From: an uncultured Acidobacteriaceae bacterium
GTDB taxonomy: Bacteria; Acidobacteriota; Terriglobia; Terriglobales; Acidobacteriaceae
DNA: 64,000 nucleotides
Direction: 5' to 3'
Assembly: GCA_963732255.1 (NCBI GenBank)
Contig: CAVSYV010000008.1
Location: 42,649-106,648, forward strand
Shown here: piece by piece, positions 10,433 through 19,850 of the stretch
Numbering within the stretch: position 1 is the first letter of the stretch
How the letters are laid out: each line of letters starts with the position of its first letter
Program-made: the position numbers and the translations under genes
Notes under the pieces: generated by a model
The model's input: the letters and a program-made list of their open reading frames with translations, nothing else
Told to the model about the DNA's origin: nothing
Databases searched by the model: none

Positions 10433-10444
10433 TTTTCGGGCAAG

Positions 10445-10924
10445 GTGAAAATGTTCAACACAGGCAAAACATTGCCTCTGCGGTTTTCCCTGGGACGTGC
10501 CATGGCAGCGGGCTTACTCCTGCTGACGGTGGGATTGACCGCGATGGCGGCGAAGAAAGCTACCGTTGAGGAATTGAAAGCCCGTCTGGCTTCGGCGTCC
10601 GCCCGTGACCGCCCGCGGCTATGCGTGGAGATTGCGGCTCTGCAGCTCAAGGCCGCGGAGAAGTTTTATGCGAATGGAGATGATCAAAAAGGCGGCGCTG
10701 CTTTGAATGAAGTAGCTGCGTTTTGCGAATCCGCCCGCGATAGCTCGATCCAGTCGGGCAAACGGCTGAAGCAGACGGAAATTGCGGTGCGCCAGATGGC
10801 GCGAAAACTCACCGACCTTAAATTCAGCCTGACGCATGACGAGCAATCCGCCGTCCAAAGCACGCTCGACAGGCTACAGCGAGTGCGCGACGATTTGCTC
10901 GAAGCGATGTTTCCAAAAGGGTGA
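10445..10924 (+). CDS. Hypothetical secreted or membrane-anchored helical protein
   Basis: 159-aa ORF, 12 nt after the TPR gene. N-terminal hydrophobic segment AAGLLLLTVGLTAMAA. No recognisable motif. Confidence 0.5.
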   Translation: MKMFNTGKTLPLRFSLGRAMAAGLLLLTVGLTAMAAKKATVEELKARLASASARDRPRLCVEIAALQLKAAEKFYANGDDQKGGAALNEVAAFCESARDSSIQSGKRLKQTEIAVRQMARKLTDLKFSLTHDEQSAVQSTLDRLQRVRDDLLEAMFPKG

Positions 10925-10927
10925 CAG

Positions 10928-11494
10928 ATGACCAGGCTATGGCTTCGATATTGCGTGGCGCTGGGCCTGCTGGCGACCGGAATTGCGGCCAGCGCTCAAC
11001 GGCACGCCGACCCGCTCACTCAATCCGAAATCGATCAGATTCGCGATGCCAGTTGGGAGCCGAAGCAGAGGCTGACGCTTTACGTTTCGTTTGCCCGCTC
11101 GCGGCTGGTAAAGCTCGAGCAAATGCGAAGCGATCCTAAAACGAAAGATCGCGCCCAGCAGACGCACGACATGCTGGACAGCTTTCTGCTCCTCTACGAC
11201 GAACTGAACGACAACGTGGATACATATGTGGATCGCCGGGACGATATTCGCAAGCCGCTAAAAACGGTGATTGACGCCGACGTAGAATTTGAGGCCAAGC
11301 TGCGGGCCCTGAAAGAGGCCGCCGACGTTTCCCCGGCAGAGGCTAGCCAATATGACTTCGCCCTCACCAACGCACTCGATACGCTCGACGAGTCGGCGGA
11401 AGATCATAAGAAGTTGCTCGCGGATCAGGAAGACGCAGCGAAGCACAAGAGGCTGAATGCGGCCTCGAACAGCAAGTCTGCCGGTAAGGAATAG
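10928..11494 (+). CDS. Hypothetical secreted helical protein
   Basis: 188-aa ORF starting 4 nt after the previous stop. Signal peptide LRYCVALGLLATGIAASAQ. Charged helical remainder with no recognisable motif. Confidence 0.5.
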   Translation: MTRLWLRYCVALGLLATGIAASAQRHADPLTQSEIDQIRDASWEPKQRLTLYVSFARSRLVKLEQMRSDPKTKDRAQQTHDMLDSFLLLYDELNDNVDTYVDRRDDIRKPLKTVIDADVEFEAKLRALKEAADVSPAEASQYDFALTNALDTLDESAEDHKKLLADQEDAAKHKRLNAASNSKSAGKE

Positions 11495-11565
11495 GCAAGC
11501 TGGATTGCCGGCAGGACGCTCGCGGTAGATGCAAGAACCCAGATCCCTCGCTTTGCTTGATTGCA

Positions 11566-12927
11566 TAACGACGTTGGCTCGATCGTAGAGTAAGTTGGTG
11601 GTTGCGAAACGGCCAAGGCTCGACAAAGGAGCCAACGTCATGCTGATTATAGGCTGTGATTTTCATCCTGGGTTTCAGCAGGTCGCGATCTTTGACAATT
11701 CGACAGGAGAAATTTCCGAGCGGCGTTTGTGGCACCGCGAGGAAGCGGAGCAGTTTTATGGGTCGCTGCGCGGGCAAGCGGTGCGGGTGGGGATGGAGGG
11801 TTGCGGGCACTATCCCTGGTTTGAGCGTTTGCTGCAGGAGTTGGGCATGGAGTTGTGGATTGGGGATGCGGCGCGGATCCGGGCGTCGGAAGTGCGCAAG
11901 CAAAAGACGGATCGGCGAGACGCGGAGCTGTTGTTGCGGTTGCTGAGAGAAGAGCGGTTTCCGCGGATCTGGGTGCCCAGCCTGGAGGAGCGGGATGTGC
12001 GGCAATTGCTGGTGCATCGGCACAAGCAGGTGCAGGCACGGACGCGCATCAAGAATCAGCTGCAGGCGCTGATGCTCAGCCAGGGCGTGCAAAAGAAGCG
12101 CAAGCTGTGGACGGCAGCGGGCCGGGCGGAGTTGGAGAAGTTGGAGTTGCTGCCCTACGCAGCGCTGCGCAGGCAACGGTTGCTGGCCGCGCTGGAGCAG
12201 CAGGAAGCGGAGATCGCGGCGCTGAACCGGCAAGTGGAAGAAGAAGTGAAGCGGCGGCCGGCGGCGGGGCGGTTGATGACGCATCCGGGAGTAGGTCCGG
12301 TGACGGCGCTGGCCATGGTGCTGACGCTGGGGCCGGCGAAACGCTTCGCGAATGCGCGCCAGGTGGGCAGCTATTTTGGCCTGATTCCCAGCGAGCATTC
12401 CAGCGGCGGGCGGCAGCAGTTGGGAGGCATCAGCAAGCAGGGCAGTCCGTTTCTGCGTTTTTTGCTGGTGGAGGCGGGACAGACGGCGGCGCGCTACGAC
12501 GCCGAGTTGGGCCGCTTTTATCGGCGGCTGGCGGTGCGCAAGCATCGCGCGCTGGCCAAGGTGGCGGTGGCGCGCAAGCTGGCCATGAGGTTGTACCTGA
12601 TGCTGCGCGAGGAATGGGATTACGCGCAGCTGTGCAAGGCCGTGTGCAGGCAAGCCTGAGTCATTTCGTGGCGGAAAGCATGAGCCGACCGCTTGAGTAG
12701 GCAGCCTGCCTCCCCGAGAAGCGGGGAGTTCGAAGCAGCAATTTTGGGAGTAGTTGCCGAAGAGATGGATGGTGAGACCTTGCGTCCACCGCACGATTGA
12801 GAGAACACAGGGCTTTGGTCGAAGACGCAAAAACCTTCCTGCGAGAGCGAAATGGCGCTTCTGCAAAACCGAAGACGCCAAGGGAGAGGTGTCGGCAAAA
12901 ATCACTTGACACTAGGCCACGTCGTTA
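11566..12927 (+). mobile_element. IS110-family insertion sequence (boundaries tentative)
   Basis: A single DEDD-type transposase gene. It is flanked by a candidate sub-terminal inverted repeat, TAACGACGT at 11566-11574 and its complement at 12919-12927 (perfect core of only 9 nt). There is also a CTCCCCG-AGAAG-CGGGGAG hairpin about 50 nt after the transposase stop. Confidence 0.45.
11640..12659 (+). CDS. IS110-family transposase
   Basis: MLIIGCDFHPGFQQVAIFD, VRVGMEGCGHYPWF and KTDRRDAELL form the DEDD N-domain. THPGVGPVTALAMV, FGLIPSEHSSGGRQQLGGISKQGSPFLRFLLVEAG form the C-terminal Transposase_20-type domain. AAAGGAG RBS precedes the ATG at 11640. Confidence 0.92.
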   Translation: MLIIGCDFHPGFQQVAIFDNSTGEISERRLWHREEAEQFYGSLRGQAVRVGMEGCGHYPWFERLLQELGMELWIGDAARIRASEVRKQKTDRRDAELLLRLLREERFPRIWVPSLEERDVRQLLVHRHKQVQARTRIKNQLQALMLSQGVQKKRKLWTAAGRAELEKLELLPYAALRRQRLLAALEQQEAEIAALNRQVEEEVKRRPAAGRLMTHPGVGPVTALAMVLTLGPAKRFANARQVGSYFGLIPSEHSSGGRQQLGGISKQGSPFLRFLLVEAGQTAARYDAELGRFYRRLAVRKHRALAKVAVARKLAMRLYLMLREEWDYAQLCKAVCRQA

Positions 12928-13018
12928 GAGACGGGATGACAAACGGTATCGCTGGGAACCAATGCGAATGTCCGCGCGCACTTTTCCGAGGCTGCTCTCG
13001 TGCTAATCTAGCTCTACT

Positions 13019-13705
13019 GTGCGTAGCGGCTTGCTGGAGATTTTCCAAGAGAGTTACAGGGAGTTGCGTCCCGAAACTTCCCTTCCCCCACTCAAGATCG
13101 AATTCTTCGCTTTTGCCAACGTTAACAACACGGTTCGCTTGCGGGACGGAGAATTGCGTGTCAGACTCTCCGACCTGCTGGAGGGTTCGCCCGAAAGCGT
13201 TCTGCGGGCGATCGCTCATATTTTGCTGGCCAAGATGTACCGCAAACCCATCGATCGCGGACATGCCGCCCGTTATCGCCGATATGTCGCCAGCCACGAA
13301 ATCGTACAAAAGGCGCACCTGGTGCGGCAGATACGAGGGCGTAAGATTCTGCGTTCTCCTCAGGGGTATTTTTACGATCTCGATAAGATATTCGAAGACT
13401 TAAACGCTCGTTTCTTTCACGGACTGCTGGCGCGGCCGCGCATGAGCTGGAGTCCGACCAGGACTCGCCGCATCCTGGGCCATTATGATCCAGCGCACAA
13501 TGCCATCATCATCAGCCGCATCTTCGATCATCCGGCGGTCCCGCGTTATGCAGTCGAATATATCGTTTACCACGAAATGCTGCACCTCAAGCATCCGGTC
13601 AAACTCCGCGGGAGCCGCCGTTGCGTGCACCCCGTGGAGTTTCAGGCGGAAGAGAGATTATTCCCGCAACTGGCGGAAGCGAACACGTTCTTGAAGCGTT
13701 TGTGA
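13019..13705 (+). CDS. DUF45/YgjP-like (M48/SprT-like) zinc metallopeptidase
   Basis: HExxH motif in VYHEMLHLKH near the C-terminus, followed by HPVEFQAEERLFP, as in the YgjP/DUF45 family. GTG start. Confidence 0.65.
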   Translation: MRSGLLEIFQESYRELRPETSLPPLKIEFFAFANVNNTVRLRDGELRVRLSDLLEGSPESVLRAIAHILLAKMYRKPIDRGHAARYRRYVASHEIVQKAHLVRQIRGRKILRSPQGYFYDLDKIFEDLNARFFHGLLARPRMSWSPTRTRRILGHYDPAHNAIIISRIFDHPAVPRYAVEYIVYHEMLHLKHPVKLRGSRRCVHPVEFQAEERLFPQLAEANTFLKRL

Positions 13706-13925
13706 GGTTTCCGGCCGCGACAATGCAAGTATCAGGTACACCGTTCTCCGCATCCAATAACCTTTAAGCACTCGAATTCCGCATCTGCAGGCGCCCGCCG
13801 CACCGCTGGCTGCGCCATTCGTTGACGCCTCTGGCGAATGAGGCATATTCTTTAAAATGTTGGGGTTGACGGTGATTTTCACAATTATTTCATTATCGGC
13901 CAAGCTCTACAGGAAATTCCTCTAA

Positions 13926-15176
13926 ATGATTCAGGCTTTCATCATTACTTTGCGCGAAGGAGTGGAAGCGGCACTGATTGTCGGGATCACGCTGGCCTAC
14001 CTGCGCAAAATAGGCCGCAACGATTTGCGCAGAACAGTTTACGCAGCACTGGTTGCGGCTTTTGTGGGCAGCATTGCCGTCGCCATTGTTATTTCCCGCA
14101 CTAATCTGAACGAAGACATTTTCGAAGGCTGGATCATGCTGGTTGCAGCTGTCTTTGTCATCAGCATGGTGGTCTTCATGATGAGGACAGGCCGCAAACT
14201 CAAAGGCGAAATCGAAGGCAAGGTCGGTTCGCTCGCCGTCAAGAACGCAGCCTTCGGCCTGTTCGCATTCGTATTTCTCATGGTCTTGCGTGAGGGCGCG
14301 GAAACCGTGCTGATTCTTTCGGCGGTCACGCTGAACTCGACCGAATTGATGAGTTTTCTGGGGACACTGGCGGGGGTGATCGCTGCCATTGCATTTGGCG
14401 TGATGTTCGTCAAAGGCAGCGTGCGCATCAACCTGCAGAAATTTTTCCGTGTGACCACGGCGATCTTATTCCTGGTCGCGGCTCAACTGATCATCTCCGG
14501 CTTACACGAACTATCGGAGAATGGCGTGCTTCCATCTTCCCGTCGAGAGATGGCGATTGTCGGCCCGATCGTCCGCAACGAATTATTTTTTGTCGTGACC
14601 ATCGTGGCGCTGGCCGTTCTCATGATTTTGTTTGACGCTAAACGCCGCGAACCGCGGATGGAGGCGGCGTCTCCCGCCGAAAAGCGTAAGGCGCTTTGGA
14701 GCGCGCGCCGCGAGCGCCTGTGGACGGGTGCGGTTTACGTCTTCTCCTTTGTGTTCATCGCGCTGGTGACCGCCGAGTTCATATACACAAAGAGCGTCAG
14801 CGCACTTTCCCCGGCGACCGAAGTTACCTTCGTCAATGGCATGCTATCGATTCCGCTGAGCCAGGTTTCCGATGGCGATTTGCACCGCTACCAGGCGCGC
14901 GAAAATGGAGTCGAGGTGCGCTTTTGGCTGTATAAGAAGCCGGACGGAAAGGTCGCGACAGTTCTTGACGCTTGCGAGATTTGCGGCGCTTCCGGCTTTT
15001 ACAAGACTTCCAATGGAGTGGCTTGCAGAAATTGCGGGGCGCCGATCAATCCGCAATCGATCGGCAGCAAGGGCGGCTGCAATCCGATTCCTCTGAAGGC
15101 GACGCAAACCGCAGACGCGGTGATCGTCGAAGAGGCTGACTTGGCGGCGCATAGCCGCATGTTTGAGCCACAATAA
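13926..15176 (+). CDS. FTR1/EfeU-family iron permease fused to a C-terminal Cys-rich DUF2318-like domain
   Basis: Two RExxE iron-permease motifs (LREGVEAALIV and LREGAETVLIL) in a multi-TM N-terminal half. After an extra TM helix, the C-terminal part carries DACEICGASGFYK...CRNCGAPI...GGCNPIPL, resembling DUF2318/COG4393. Confidence 0.8.
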   Translation: MIQAFIITLREGVEAALIVGITLAYLRKIGRNDLRRTVYAALVAAFVGSIAVAIVISRTNLNEDIFEGWIMLVAAVFVISMVVFMMRTGRKLKGEIEGKVGSLAVKNAAFGLFAFVFLMVLREGAETVLILSAVTLNSTELMSFLGTLAGVIAAIAFGVMFVKGSVRINLQKFFRVTTAILFLVAAQLIISGLHELSENGVLPSSRREMAIVGPIVRNELFFVVTIVALAVLMILFDAKRREPRMEAASPAEKRKALWSARRERLWTGAVYVFSFVFIALVTAEFIYTKSVSALSPATEVTFVNGMLSIPLSQVSDGDLHRYQARENGVEVRFWLYKKPDGKVATVLDACEICGASGFYKTSNGVACRNCGAPINPQSIGSKGGCNPIPLKATQTADAVIVEEADLAAHSRMFEPQ

Positions 15177-15179
15177 CCA

Positions 15180-16457
15180 ATGTTCGCACGCCTGGTCTAC
15201 GAATCTTTCCGGCGGCAAAAACGGCGCAAGTTGCTGGCCGGCGCAGCGATCACTCTCGGCGTCACGGTGGCGACGGCAATGATTGGAGTCGCCACCGACA
15301 TCGGTGATAAGATCAGCCGCGAGTTGCGCACCATCGGCGCAAACCTGGTAGTGACACCGCAGGATGAAACGCTGGATGTAGAAATCGGCGGCGTCCATCT
15401 CCAACCTCCGAGCGACAACGCATATCTCAGCGAATCCGACCTGCCGAAAATTAAAGGAATTTTCTGGCACAACAACATCACTGGATTTGCGCCGATGCTG
15501 CCGGTGAACGTGACAGTCGATGTCCCCGCCAAGAGCGGCCTTCAAAAACGAGACGTGACGCTGTTGGGCACTTATTTTGCCAAGCAGGTTTCTTATGGCA
15601 AAGAAAGCGTCGTTACTGGGGTGCGCAAAACCCACTCCTGGTGGAAAGTTTCGGGAACGTGGCCCGCTGACGACTCTTCCGATGTGTTGATCGGCGAGCG
15701 ACTGGCGCGAACATTGCCCTACAAAGCCGGGGACGAAATAGCGCTCTCGGGACATCGATCGAGAGTCGCGGGAATTTTGTCCAGCGGAGACGAGGAAGAC
15801 GACCAGATTGTCGCACCGCTCGCCTTGGCGCAGGCGATTCTCGGCAAACCCGGCGCGGTGCAACGCATTTATGTGAGCGCGATCACCAAACCCGAAGATG
15901 CTTTGGCGCGCCGCAACCCGCGAAGTCTGGCCGGGCCGATGTACGATCGCTGGTATTGCTCGCCATATCCTCAATCGATTGCTTTTCAGTTGCAGGAAGC
16001 CATTCCCCACTCGCACGCGGAACAGATTCGCCAGGTGGAGCAAAATGAAGGCGCGGTGCTGACCAAGGTCGAGGGGTTGTTTTTTCTGGTAACGCTGGCC
16101 GCGCTGCTGGCCGCTGCCCTTGCCGTTTCTGCCGCGATGGCTACGGCAATTTTTGAGCGGCGCAGTGAAGTCGGACTGATGAAAGCTCTGGGGGCGGGAA
16201 AGATGGCGGTCGCGTCGATCTTCTTTGCCGAGGCGACCTTACTCGCGCTCATTGGAGGCCTCGTCGGCTTTGCCGTGGGCAGCGTGCTGGCCCGCCAGAT
16301 TGGCCGCACTATTTTCAACTCGCAGATTTCGGTACAGCCAGTGTTGTTGCCGGTTATTCTTCTGATCGCTGTTTTCGTGACGGTCGCTGGAAGCGCTACC
16401 GCCATTCGTGGCGCAGTCAGCCTGGATCCGGTTTATGCTCTGCGAGGCGAACTGTGA
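15180..16457 (+). CDS. MacB/FtsX-type ABC transporter permease
   Basis: 425 aa: N-terminal TM, large periplasmic domain, and a C-terminal FtsX module (ERRSEVGLMKALGAGKMAVASIFFAEA...). Confidence 0.8.
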   Translation: MFARLVYESFRRQKRRKLLAGAAITLGVTVATAMIGVATDIGDKISRELRTIGANLVVTPQDETLDVEIGGVHLQPPSDNAYLSESDLPKIKGIFWHNNITGFAPMLPVNVTVDVPAKSGLQKRDVTLLGTYFAKQVSYGKESVVTGVRKTHSWWKVSGTWPADDSSDVLIGERLARTLPYKAGDEIALSGHRSRVAGILSSGDEEDDQIVAPLALAQAILGKPGAVQRIYVSAITKPEDALARRNPRSLAGPMYDRWYCSPYPQSIAFQLQEAIPHSHAEQIRQVEQNEGAVLTKVEGLFFLVTLAALLAAALAVSAAMATAIFERRSEVGLMKALGAGKMAVASIFFAEATLLALIGGLVGFAVGSVLARQIGRTIFNSQISVQPVLLPVILLIAVFVTVAGSATAIRGAVSLDPVYALRGEL

Positions 16458-17609
16458 AGGCAATCTCAGCCGCTGCGCAGAAACTCGCGGCATCGCGCGC
16501 CTCGAGGTCGCATACTTCCATGTTTCTCCGTATGCTGTTGCGCGCGGCGGTGTTGCGCCGCGGACGGGCCGCCGCAGCGTTCTTGGCCATGGTTGTGGCC
16601 GCGGCCGTCGCAACCGCAGTGCTTAATCTTTACACGGACGTGCAAACGAAATTGCGCCGTGAATTTCGTAACTACGGGGCAAACATGGTGCTGGTTGCCA
16701 AAGACGGTACTTCCCTTCCCGTCGACGCGCTGGCGCAAGTCGAATCAGTCCTTCACGGACGCGGCATCGCCGCGCCCTTCGCCCTGATTGTCGCGCGAAC
16801 CAGCGGCGGCCAACCCGTGGTCGTTGCCGGAACCGACTTCGATTGCGTGAAGCAACTGGATCACTGGTGGTCGGTCAATAAATGGCCGTCTGGGCCGCAT
16901 CAGGCACTGATGGGTGTGCGCGCGCTTTCCGCCATTTCTCCACAGAAGCAACCGTTCGATCTGACATTCACACGACACACAATAAATTTGACGCCTGTGG
17001 GCACGGTAGAGACCGGCGCGGCGGAAGACGATCGCATCTACATTTCTCTCTCCGACTTCACTTCGTGGACTGGGATTCAACCCGCAACAATTGAGGTCGC
17101 AGCCAGCGGCACGCCCGAAGGAAATCGCGGCTGTGATGCACGAGTTGGCTGAGGCCATACCCTCGGTTGAAGTCCGCCCGGTGCGACAGATTATGGAAGG
17201 AGAAGCGCGCGTACTCGGCAAAACGCGCTCCACATTGTTCGCCGCATCGGCGTTAATTGTCTTGACGGCGGCGCTGTGCGTGCTTTCCACGCTGATGGGC
17301 TGGGTGTTTGACCGGCGCAAGGACTTCGCTATGATGAAGGCCCTGGGCGCTTCGGGCGCGCTGCTGAGCGGTTTTTTCGCCGCTGAGGCAGCTACCCTGG
17401 GGGCTGTGGGCGCGTTGATTGGATACGTGGTTGGTATCGGCATGGCGACGTGGATAGGAAGAGTTAACTTTCATGCTTCCGTCGCGCCGCGCTACGGCGT
17501 ACTACCAGTCGTAATGGCTGCTAGCATAGCGGTGACGCTGCTGGCGGCGATTTTGCCGATATCGTTATTGCGCCGGGTGCAACCTGCGGTGATTCTGCGG
17601 GGAGAATAA
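16454..17609 (+). pseudogene. Second MacB/FtsX-type ABC permease, interrupted by a frameshift near 17117-17122
   Basis: ORF 16454..17152 gives the N-terminal TM and periplasmic domain up to TIEVAASGTP. ORF 17091..17609 in the next frame continues with KEIAAVMHELAEAIP and the FtsX module (DRRKDFAMMKALGASGALLSGFF). A one-base change in gaagga restores a permease of about 385 aa. Confidence 0.75.
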
Positions 17610-17615
17610 GAGCGG

Positions 17616-18890
17616 ATGATTCAGCTAAAAGACGTGACGAAGCTCTACCCCGCCAAAGCGGACAGCAGCCTCCCTGGCAATGGCGGCGGAGGCAAAGAAG
17701 AAAGCCGCATTCACGCGCTGGATCACGTTTCTTTGCACGTCACTAAGGGCGAATGGCTATCGATCATGGGGCCTTCAGGATCGGGCAAGTCTACGCTCGT
17801 AAATCTCATCGGCTGCCTGGACCGGCCGACGTCCGGTGAGATCTGGCTCGATGGTCAGAATGTTGCGAGCATTTCTTCGGGGGAGCTGACTCGCGTCCGC
17901 GCGGAAAAAATCGGCTTCATCTTTCAACAATTCCATCTGATTCCCTTCCTTTCTGCGATTGAGAACGTAATGCTCGCGCAGTATTTCCACAGTATGACCG
18001 ACGAGAACGAAGCGCTAACAGCGCTGGAGCGTGTCGGCCTTGGCGAGCGGGCCAATCATCTTCCCTCCCAGCTTTCTGGCGGCGAGCAGCAACGTGTGTG
18101 CATTGCGCGCGCCCTGATCAACGATCCCGGAATCATTTTGGCCGACGAGCCCACGGGCAATCTTGACGCGCAGAATGAAGAAATCGTCCTCCGGCTGCTG
18201 CGCGAATTTCATCGTCAAGGCCGAACCATCGTCATGGTTACGCACGATCCCGTGGTCGCGCGCCTGGCCGACCGTCGCATTGAACTGCACCACGGTAAGA
18301 TCGCGGCGCAGGAAGTCTTCGCCATGGCCGACGAAGAACAGATCGACGAGGTGCTTGAAGAGTTATGGGTACTGGCGGAACACGGCGAAATCGCGGAAGT
18401 CGAGCGCATGCAGGTTCACGGTGCGCTGCCCGTCGACGTGGCGATCGAAAAGATGATCGAGATGGGATTGGTCATTTCGACTCCGCATCCTCCGATGTCT
18501 CACGGGCATAAGCCATTCGTGAATCCCTGTCACGATGCGCTCAAGCCGGTGTCAGCGTCGGTGGGCGACGGCACGATGATTGTCGAATTGACCTCCCGCG
18601 GGCGGGAGCGCGCTGGCGGGATTATCCGGCGTCATCGCCTGGCAGAGCGGCTTTTCACCGACAGCCTCGCCATGGATAGCGAAACTGAAATCGAAGAGCA
18701 GGCCTGCAAGTTCGAGCACATTCTCTCGCCGGAAGCGACCGACAAAATCTGCACGTTTCTCGGCCATCCCCACACCTGCCCGCATGGAGCACCCATCCCG
18801 CCGGGTCCGTGCTGCGGAAGGGCGTTTCTCGATTACGCTTCAGTTCACGCCGTCCGCACGCTCATGCAGAAAGATCCCAGTGACCACTAG
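17616..18890 (+). CDS. MacB/LolD-type ABC ATPase fused to a complete DtxR/MntR-like metalloregulator domain
   Basis: N-terminal half: [41 protein letters not shown]-terminal ~180 aa: [18 protein letters not shown] (DtxR-type winged-helix start), then [14 protein letters not shown]...[33 protein letters not shown] (DtxR dimerisation and metal-binding domain). Confidence 0.85.
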   Translation: MIQLKDVTKLYPAKADSSLPGNGGGGKEESRIHALDHVSLHVTKGEWLSIMGPSGSGKSTLVNLIGCLDRPTSGEIWLDGQNVASISSGELTRVRAEKIGFIFQQFHLIPFLSAIENVMLAQYFHSMTDENEALTALERVGLGERANHLPSQLSGGEQQRVCIARALINDPGIILADEPTGNLDAQNEEIVLRLLREFHRQGRTIVMVTHDPVVARLADRRIELHHGKIAAQEVFAMADEEQIDEVLEELWVLAEHGEIAEVERMQVHGALPVDVAIEKMIEMGLVISTPHPPMSHGHKPFVNPCHDALKPVSASVGDGTMIVELTSRGRERAGGIIRRHRLAERLFTDSLAMDSETEIEEQACKFEHILSPEATDKICTFLGHPHTCPHGAPIPPGPCCGRAFLDYASVHAVRTLMQKDPSDH

Positions 18891-18914
18891 CGCGTCGGTG
18901 GACTGTCTCTGACT

Positions 18915-19739
18915 ATGCGGCGTCCCACCATCGGCGTCTTCGATTCCGGCTTCGGCGGCTTGACCGTCCTCAAAGCACTGCTGGAAATCCTTCCCGCAGC
19001 AGACTATTTATATTTCGGCGACACGGCGCGGCTGCCCTACGGCTCCAAATCGGCTGAGACTGTCGCGCGGTACGCCGTGGAAGCCGCGCGTTTCCTTGAA
19101 GACCAGGGCGCCCAGATTTTAGTGATCGCCTGCAATACCGCAACGGCACTGGCTTTGGAGCGGATTGTTCTGGCTGCGCATGTGCCGGTGATTGGCGTGG
19201 TCGAACCCGGCGCGGAAGCCACGGCGCGGGCCAGCGCCAACAAGAAGGCGGTGATCATTGGCACCGAGGCGACGGTGGCCAGCCATGCTTATTACAAGGC
19301 TCTTCAGGCTCGCGGTCTGACGGCGCAGGAGAAAGCCTGCCCGCTGCTGGTTCCTCTGGTTGAAGAGGGATGGACGGATCATCGCGTAACCGAGGAAGTA
19401 GCGCGCATTTATCTGAGCGAAGCTTTTGCCGACGGTTTTGATGATGCTGACGTGCTCCTGCTGGGGTGTACGCACTATCCGCTGCTTCGGCCGTTGCTGC
19501 AAAAAGTGGCGCCGGGGCATGTCAAGATCGTCGACTCGGCGGAATCCACGGCGAACATGGTCGCGGCAGCTTTTGAAAATTACGCACCGGAACCGCAAAC
19601 CCAGTCGTTGGCGGAACGGCGTGGGCTCCCCCGCTTCAAGTTTTTTGCCACGGATTCGGTGGAGAAGTTCCGCAGGCTGGGTCCGCGTTTCCTTGGTCAT
19701 CCGATCAGCGACGTGCAACACGTCGATCTGAAAGAGTGA
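18915..19739 (+). CDS. murI: Glutamate racemase
   Basis: IGVFDSGFGGLTVL, LVIACNTATA, LGCTHYPLL. These include both catalytic Cys motifs. Confidence 0.92.
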   Translation: MRRPTIGVFDSGFGGLTVLKALLEILPAADYLYFGDTARLPYGSKSAETVARYAVEAARFLEDQGAQILVIACNTATALALERIVLAAHVPVIGVVEPGAEATARASANKKAVIIGTEATVASHAYYKALQARGLTAQEKACPLLVPLVEEGWTDHRVTEEVARIYLSEAFADGFDDADVLLLGCTHYPLLRPLLQKVAPGHVKIVDSAESTANMVAAAFENYAPEPQTQSLAERRGLPRFKFFATDSVEKFRRLGPRFLGHPISDVQHVDLKE

Positions 19740-19850
19740 AGCCTGCATTTTCCGTTTTGTCCGCAAGAATCGGATAGTTCCGCCCATCGCGCGGAAATAC
19801 TGTGTCCACAAGCGCTGCATTTTACTCAAACAGGAAAACTAAATCCGATC

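Noticed and set aside
11364-12905. 513-aa ORF antisense to the IS110 transposase
   Set aside because: Extreme Arg/Pro/Gln/Leu/His low-complexity composition with no motifs. It exactly shadows a well-supported transposase gene on the opposite strand. This is a typical GC-rich antisense artefact.
13866-13900. Fur box in front of the FTR1 operon
   Set aside because: Only the TCATTATC half-site matches; about 9 of 19 positions match the GATAATGATAATCATTATC consensus. This is too weak to call. It is mentioned as context only.
14844-16043. 399-aa antisense ORF over the FTR1 3-prime end and the first FtsX permease
   Set aside because: No recognisable domain and Arg-rich. The sense-strand genes have clear motifs and operon spacing.
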